DNA of 64,000 nucleotides from an uncultured Alphaproteobacteria bacterium (GTDB lineage Bacteria; Pseudomonadota; Alphaproteobacteria; JAJTHO01; G963706365): NCBI GenBank assembly GCA_963706365.1, contig OY970150.1, positions 1,596,265 to 1,660,264 of the forward strand, read 5' to 3'. Shown piece by piece: positions 59,052 to 64,000 of this stretch (position 1 is its first letter; each line of letters starts with the position of its first letter). The notes under the pieces were generated by a model. It saw only the letters and a program-made list of their open reading frames with translations, ran no database searches and was not told where the DNA came from. The position numbers and the translations under genes were made by a program.

Positions 59052-59687
59052 ATGTTAGGAAAAATATCAATCAGTCGATTTGCTTTGCTATTACCCTTGG
59101 TGGCAAGCTGCCCTGTATTAGCGGAAGAACCACCGCTGATTATTGGATGGATAGAAAATATTGCTGTCACCACATTATCAACAGAAGATACGCCTTTTGT
59201 TGTTAAAGCGAAAATTGACACGGGGGCTACAACGTCTTCCATTGATGCTGAAATTTTGGCATTGCCGGAAGAATCTGATTCACCAGAAGTAGAAGAAACA
59301 ATAGAAGACACTGAAGAGGAAGAAGAAGAGGAGCAAGAATATCCACCGCTTCCGCCTGAAAAATCAGAAACACCACCTTTGCGCAGAACTGTTATTTTTA
59401 GTGTAAAAGACAGTAATGGCAATAAAAAGGTTGTAGAGCGCAAGTTGGAACGCTGGGTACGCATTAAAAAGAAAACATCCGGTGTTATTCGTCGCCCTGT
59501 CGTAAAAATGGAATTTTGTATTGCTGGCCGATTGGTTGAAGAAGAAGTCAATTTATCCGAACGAAAACATTTCACTTATGCCGTATTAATTGGTCGTAAT
59601 ATGTTAAAAGAAGGTAACTACCTGGTTAATTCTGCCAAGACATTTGCCGGGAAACCGCGTTGTGCCACCTCGGAAAAATCCTCCTGA
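59052..59687 (+). CDS. DUF785 retropepsin-like putative protease (the family annotated as ATP-dependent zinc protease) with an acidic insertion
   Basis: PLIIGWIENI...AKIDTGATTSS is the D-T-G-A aspartyl motif. VVKMEFCIAGRLVE...YAVLIGRNML is also present. The acidic insert EEEEEEEQEYPPLPPEK is unusual. Confidence 0.6.
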   Translation: MLGKISISRFALLLPLVASCPVLAEEPPLIIGWIENIAVTTLSTEDTPFVVKAKIDTGATTSSIDAEILALPEESDSPEVEETIEDTEEEEEEEQEYPPLPPEKSETPPLRRTVIFSVKDSNGNKKVVERKLERWVRIKKKTSGVIRRPVVKMEFCIAGRLVEEEVNLSERKHFTYAVLIGRNMLKEGNYLVNSAKTFAGKPRCATSEKSS

Positions 59688-60180
59688 TCGTACAGTAACG
59701 CAAGCTGAAAGGCGGCTGTGGGTTGCCTTAAATAAAGGTGAAACCATTTATGTGGCGGAGCCGGTTGAAAATAAAACGGATAGTTTTGAACAAGAGCTAC
59801 TGTTTGTTGAATCTTCGCCAGCGCAAACCACGCAAATCAAGCGACGCCCTGTTTTAAAACCACAACCTGCGGTAATGCCCCGTCAGGCATTGCGAAAATT
59901 ATCTAATAATACCTTCCCTGAGCAAGATATTCTCGATTTGCATGGTCACTCTCTGGCAGCGGCGCAAGTAACATTAACCCGGTTTCTGCAGGAAAAAGCC
60001 AAACAAAAGCGCCGCCGTGTCTTAATTATAACGGGTAAGGGGACGGCAGGCCGGGGACTTATCAGGCAGCAATTTCCTGAATGGCTGGAACTCCCTGCCT
60101 TGGCCACTTTAGTAAGCAGTTATCGGCAAGCAGCAAAAAACCATGGAGGAAACGGAGCGTTTTATGTATTTTTGCGGTAA
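59644..60180 (+). CDS. Smr domain protein (SmrA-like). The true start is probably downstream, for example GTG near 59752 or the ATG of MPRQALRK near 59875.
   Basis: The C-terminal Smr domain reads LDLHGHSLAAAQVTLTRFLQEKAKQKRRRVLIITGKG. As given by the track (TTG start), it overlaps the upstream gene by 44 nt. Confidence 0.7.
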   Translation: MPGNRVVPPRKNPPDRTVTQAERRLWVALNKGETIYVAEPVENKTDSFEQELLFVESSPAQTTQIKRRPVLKPQPAVMPRQALRKLSNNTFPEQDILDLHGHSLAAAQVTLTRFLQEKAKQKRRRVLIITGKGTAGRGLIRQQFPEWLELPALATLVSSYRQAAKNHGGNGAFYVFLR

Positions 60181-60262
60181 AGAAGGTTTAGGTAACTGGT
60201 TCTGAGATAGTATATAAAAATCATGATGGTTTTATAACGCAGGTAACCTTATATAACCACCC

Positions 60263-63200
60263 ATGCAAACCCTTGCCCCTATGCCAGATGGCTATGATGC
60301 GTATTATTTAGCACAACAATCTGGGTTTAATGTTTATGTGGCCTTAAATGACCGGCGCATGCTCGATATGGCGGCAGCAGTGCGTGCCTTTAACCCTGAA
60401 ATAAAAGTTTTAGAATTTCCAGCCTGGGATTGCACGCCTTATGATCGATCTTCCCCTGATAGCCTGATCACTGGCCAGCGTCTTGCCACGTTGGCTGCAC
60501 TGCTTAAAAATGATTTTGGTGATGCGGTATTGATTACAACTGTTAATGCATTGGCACAGCGCGTGCCCCCAAAAGAATTTGTTGATCAACATAGCCTACA
60601 TTTCAAGGGCGGAAAATCGCTTGATATTGAAGATTTACGCAAGAATTTGGTTTCGCAAGGGTATTATAGCACGCCGACAGTAAGGGAAACAGGGGAATTT
60701 GCGGTGCGTGGGGGAATCGTTGATATTTTCATAGCCGGACAGCCGCATCCTATTCGCATTGATTTGTTTGATGATGAAATTGAAAAAATTGTTTATTTTG
60801 ATGCCCTAACGCAGCGTACAATAGAACAGGCGCCAGAAATTAGTTTGTTGCCGGTAAGGGAAATGCCGTTTGATGAGGAAGCTAGGCAGTTATTTCGCCG
60901 GCAATACAGGCTGCTGGCCGCTGGCAATACCGAAGATGACCCGCTTTACAACGCCGTCAGTGAAGGGCGCTATTTTAAAGGGGTAGAGCATTTTTTACCC
61001 TTATTTTTCGAAAATCCATTGCCAGAACTGCAATCCTACTGGCCTGATAATGCAACAGTTTATTATGACAAGGAGGCAATGGCTGCAATTGAGGCAACGC
61101 AACAAAGTATTTTAGATTGCTATCAGGTAAGAGCAGAGGTTGCAAAGCTTAAAAAATTTGATGGTTTTCCATTTTATCCTTTAGAACCAGAGACACTTTA
61201 TAACGCAAAAGAAGTAATTAAAGAGCATAACGGCGTTCTGTTTTCTAATTTCAAGGCGGAAAATTCTGTTGATACAGCCATACGCATCCCCCCTGCTATG
61301 CCGCCTGTGCCAGATCCTAATTTCTTGGCGGAGGTTATCAAAGATGCTTTTAAAGAAAAAAAACGCGTTATTATGACGGTTGATCAAGAAAGCCAACGGC
61401 AGAAACTGTTAGAGAAATTACGGCCACAAGCCACTTATCCGGTTTTTGAGCTAGCCAGTTTTGAAGAGGCGATGAAAAAGCCACAAAAGTCTGTTTGCAT
61501 ATTATTAACAGAAAATTCGGTATACGGTGGCGGCTTTGTTACGGAAAAGCTGATTTTGTTCACGGCTGTTTCGATTTTCGGCGAGCGACTGAATAGAAAA
61601 GTACGCAAGCGTAAGGCCGAAGATATTATTCGTGAGGCTTCCAGCCTAACCAGGGGTGATATGGTGGTGCACGAAGAACATGGGGTTGGGCAGTATCAAG
61701 GCCTGGAATTATTAGATGTTGGCGGCCAAAACCATGATATGGTTTTACTGCATTACAGCGGCGGTGATAAGCTGTATGTGCCCGTTGAAAATATAGATAT
61801 CCTTTCCAGATTTGGCGATTCCGATAGCACGGCGCAATTAGATAAACTGGGTGGTGTGGCCTGGCAGGCCAGAAAGGCCAAGGCAAAAGAGCGTATTCGC
61901 GCCATTGCCGCCGAATTGATTAAAATAGCAGCGGAACGCGCTCTAAGAACCGGTGAAACCATCACGCCCGAAGCGGGCACCTTTGAGGAATTTTGCAACC
62001 GCTTTCCCTATATTGAAACGGAAGATCAGCTGAATGCTATTCAGGATGTTTTGAGCGATATGGCAGGCGGCAAACCTATGGATCGGTTAATTTGTGGGGA
62101 TGTTGGTTTCGGTAAAACAGAAGTGGCCATGCGCGCCGCATTTATTGCCGCCATGCAAGGCTATCAGGTGATGATTGTTGCCCCAACAACCTTGTTGGCA
62201 CGCCAGCACTTTAACAGCTTCAAAGAACGGTTTGCAGGCTTTCCTTTGGTGATTAAACACCTTTCCCGGCTTGTAAATGCAAAGGAAGCTAATATAGTGC
62301 GTGAAGGTTTGACCAATGGCACGGTTGATGTTGTTATCGGCACCCATGCGTTGCTAGCTAAAAGTGTAACCTGTAAACGGCTTGGCCTGGTTATAGTGGA
62401 TGAAGAACAGCGGTTTGGTGTAAAGCAAAAGGAGCGTTTGAAAGAATACCGCAGCGATGTGCATTACTTAACCCTGTCAGCAACACCCATTCCGCGCACC
62501 ATGCAAATGGCCATGCAAGGGGTGCGCGATATGTCTATTATTGCCACACCGCCGGTTGATCGATTATCGATTCGCAGCTTCATTACACCATTTGATCGTG
62601 TAAGTATCCGCGAGGCCTTGATGCGTGAACATTACCGCGGTGGCCAAAGTTATTTCATCTGCCCGCGTATTAAAGATATGGCAGAAATGCAGGCGAAATT
62701 AAAAGATATGGTGCCTGAGCTTAAAATTGTTGCTGCACACGGGCAAATGACGCCCAAACAGCTGGAAGATATTATGGAAGCCTTTCAGAATGGTGAATAT
62801 GATGTGCTGCTGGCCACACAAATTATTGAATCAGGCATTGATATTGCCAAGGCGAATACCATTGTGATTCACCGTGCGCATATGTTTGGTCTGGCACAGC
62901 TTTACCAGTTAAGAGGGCGAGTAGGGCGCGCCAAAATCCGTGCCTATGCTTTGCTAACGTACCCGCCCAAAATGCAGCTTTCGAAGGATGCGACAAAACG
63001 CCTGGAAGTTATGCAAACACTGGATCATCTAGGAGCTGGTTTCAGCTTGGCCGGGCATGATCTGGATATTCGTGGTGCAGGGAACCTGCTGGGCGAAGAA
63101 CAATCTGGCCATATTCGAGAAGTGGGAGTAGAACTTTACCAGCAAATGCTGAAAGATGCTGTAGAAACCGCACAAGCAGAAGCAAAATTGATTGAAAAAT

Positions 63201-63658
63201 CAGCAGTCAATGACAACTGGTCACCTGTTATTAACCTGGGCTTACCTGTGCTAATTCCCGAAGAATATGTTCCTGATCTGGATGCCCGTATGCATCTTTA
63301 CAGGCGTGCCGTAGAACTAGAAAATAGTGAACAGCGACAGGAATTTCGGGAGGAACTGCAAGATAGATTTGGTAAATTGCCGCAAACAGTGGAAAATCTG
63401 TTGCATGTTGTGGGTTTAAAAACCCTGTGCCTTACTGCCGGTGTTGCCAAAGTTGATGTGGGGCCAAAAGGGGTAGTTATTACTTTTCATAATAACCAAT
63501 TTGCAAAACCGGAAAAGTTATTGAAAATGATTGAGCGGGAAAAAGGTACTGTAAAATTAAAACCAGATCAGAAACTGGTTTATTTGCGGGTATTTAAAGA
63601 TCGGCAGCAGGTGTTTAAAGGTGTCGAGCAGATATTGAATGGCTTGATTGATCTATAG
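60263..63658 (+). CDS. mfd: Transcription-repair coupling factor Mfd
   Basis: It is 1131 aa. The UvrB-homology N-terminus, CarD/RNAP-interacting domain and superfamily 2 helicase are present (GDVGFGKTEVAMRAAF, DEEQRFG), and the TRG motif region. Confidence 0.95.
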   Translation: MQTLAPMPDGYDAYYLAQQSGFNVYVALNDRRMLDMAAAVRAFNPEIKVLEFPAWDCTPYDRSSPDSLITGQRLATLAALLKNDFGDAVLITTVNALAQRVPPKEFVDQHSLHFKGGKSLDIEDLRKNLVSQGYYSTPTVRETGEFAVRGGIVDIFIAGQPHPIRIDLFDDEIEKIVYFDALTQRTIEQAPEISLLPVREMPFDEEARQLFRRQYRLLAAGNTEDDPLYNAVSEGRYFKGVEHFLPLFFENPLPELQSYWPDNATVYYDKEAMAAIEATQQSILDCYQVRAEVAKLKKFDGFPFYPLEPETLYNAKEVIKEHNGVLFSNFKAENSVDTAIRIPPAMPPVPDPNFLAEVIKDAFKEKKRVIMTVDQESQRQKLLEKLRPQATYPVFELASFEEAMKKPQKSVCILLTENSVYGGGFVTEKLILFTAVSIFGERLNRKVRKRKAEDIIREASSLTRGDMVVHEEHGVGQYQGLELLDVGGQNHDMVLLHYSGGDKLYVPVENIDILSRFGDSDSTAQLDKLGGVAWQARKAKAKERIRAIAAELIKIAAERALRTGETITPEAGTFEEFCNRFPYIETEDQLNAIQDVLSDMAGGKPMDRLICGDVGFGKTEVAMRAAFIAAMQGYQVMIVAPTTLLARQHFNSFKERFAGFPLVIKHLSRLVNAKEANIVREGLTNGTVDVVIGTHALLAKSVTCKRLGLVIVDEEQRFGVKQKERLKEYRSDVHYLTLSATPIPRTMQMAMQGVRDMSIIATPPVDRLSIRSFITPFDRVSIREALMREHYRGGQSYFICPRIKDMAEMQAKLKDMVPELKIVAAHGQMTPKQLEDIMEAFQNGEYDVLLATQIIESGIDIAKANTIVIHRAHMFGLAQLYQLRGRVGRAKIRAYALLTYPPKMQLSKDATKRLEVMQTLDHLGAGFSLAGHDLDIRGAGNLLGEEQSGHIREVGVELYQQMLKDAVETAQAEAKLIEKSAVNDNWSPVINLGLPVLIPEEYVPDLDARMHLYRRAVELENSEQRQEFREELQDRFGKLPQTVENLLHVVGLKTLCLTAGVAKVDVGPKGVVITFHNNQFAKPEKLLKMIEREKGTVKLKPDQKLVYLRVFKDRQQVFKGVEQILNGLIDL

Positions 63659-63662
63659 AAAC

Positions 63663-64000
63663 CTAATCAAAAATTCGTCTTAAAAAACCTGGCGTTAAAA
63701 CGGAAAGGGGATTGATGCGCACGGTGGGATCATTTAAATTTCCTTTGGCGCTATAGTTAATGGCAATAACGCCTTCCCCTTTACGACCTGTCAAAATTTC
63801 ACCGATAATAGGCACATCCTTTATGGCGCTGTTGATTAAATTAAAGGGAACTATGGTGCCCTCTAAATTAACTTTTTGTTGCTTTATATTAATAATACCA
63901 TTGGCATGAATGCCCAGGCCTGTTCCCATTAGTCGGGCATCTTTCAAGGTTAGTACTTTATCCAGATAGTCAACATCGCCTGCAAATTTTTGAAAGGCAA
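63663..64000 (-). CDS. C-terminal fragment of an AsmA/TamB/YhdP-like outer-membrane biogenesis protein. It runs off the window end.
   Basis: The C-terminal region (INPLSVLTPGFLRRIF) resembles the AsmA_2/DUF3971 C-termini. The reading frame is open to the window edge. Confidence 0.4.
   Translation of the reverse strand, partial: AFQKFAGDVDYLDKVLTLKDARLMGTGLGIHANGIINIKQQKVNLEGTIVPFNLINSAIKDVPIIGEILTGRKGEGVIAINYSAKGNLNDPTVRINPLSVLTPGFLRRIFD

Overview
This 64 kb window is gene-dense (about 60 genes, roughly 90% coding) and looks alphaproteobacterial, with a GC content that looks moderate by eye. The alphaproteobacterial assignment rests on three things: a divK-pleD pair preceded by a perfect CtrA box (TTAA-N7-TTAAC), a PdhA-type pyruvate dehydrogenase E1 alpha subunit, and tandem VirB6/TrbL-like membrane proteins of the kind seen in Rickettsiales and Holosporales symbionts. 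Most genes are housekeeping: ilvD (3' part), rlpA, maeB, purL, gpmI, gltX, hemJ, cvpA, nadE, alaC, lpdA, cdsA, degP, recA, trmL, prfB, moeB, dat, pdhA, mdh, dapD, purF, rimI, ampD, greA, ahpD, divK, pleD and mfd.

Several accessory loci sit among them:
- Two tandem, translationally coupled VirB6/TrbL-like genes. The larger (1365 aa) carries a clear M23 (LytM-type) metallopeptidase domain plus a long Gly-rich and coiled-coil C-terminal extension.
- A two-gene operon: a degenerate kinase-like protein with a C-terminal membrane anchor, and a small membrane protein.
- A Crp/Fnr regulator next to a strong hairpin and a 1002-aa acidic orphan protein with a small acidic partner. The orphan genes here look more AT-rich by eye than the housekeeping genes.
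- A complete bufferin-type RiPP operon: DUF2282 precursor, DUF692 (MNIO), DUF2063 and DoxX.
- A three-gene glycosylation operon: a GT2 glycosyltransferase, a GT4 glycosyltransferase and a UDP-xylose synthase (UXS).
- A secreted FG-GAP beta-propeller protein.

Recoding and sequence-integrity signals: prfB has the canonical programmed +1 frameshift site (SD-like AGGAGG, CGG, then CTT TGA C). ilvD and alaC each carry a frameshift at a homopolymer run, which is either real pseudogenization or a sequencing artefact. Families of short palindromic repeats (REP/RPE-like) sit in intergenic spaces, mostly between convergent gene ends, and one is a roughly 165-bp MITE-like composite. I found no rRNA, tRNA, CRISPR array or transposase.

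Coordinates I derived by counting bases in the printed sequence (repeats, frameshift sites, CtrA box, M23 domain, adjusted gene starts) may be off by one or two bases. Coordinates taken from the supplied ORF track are exact.
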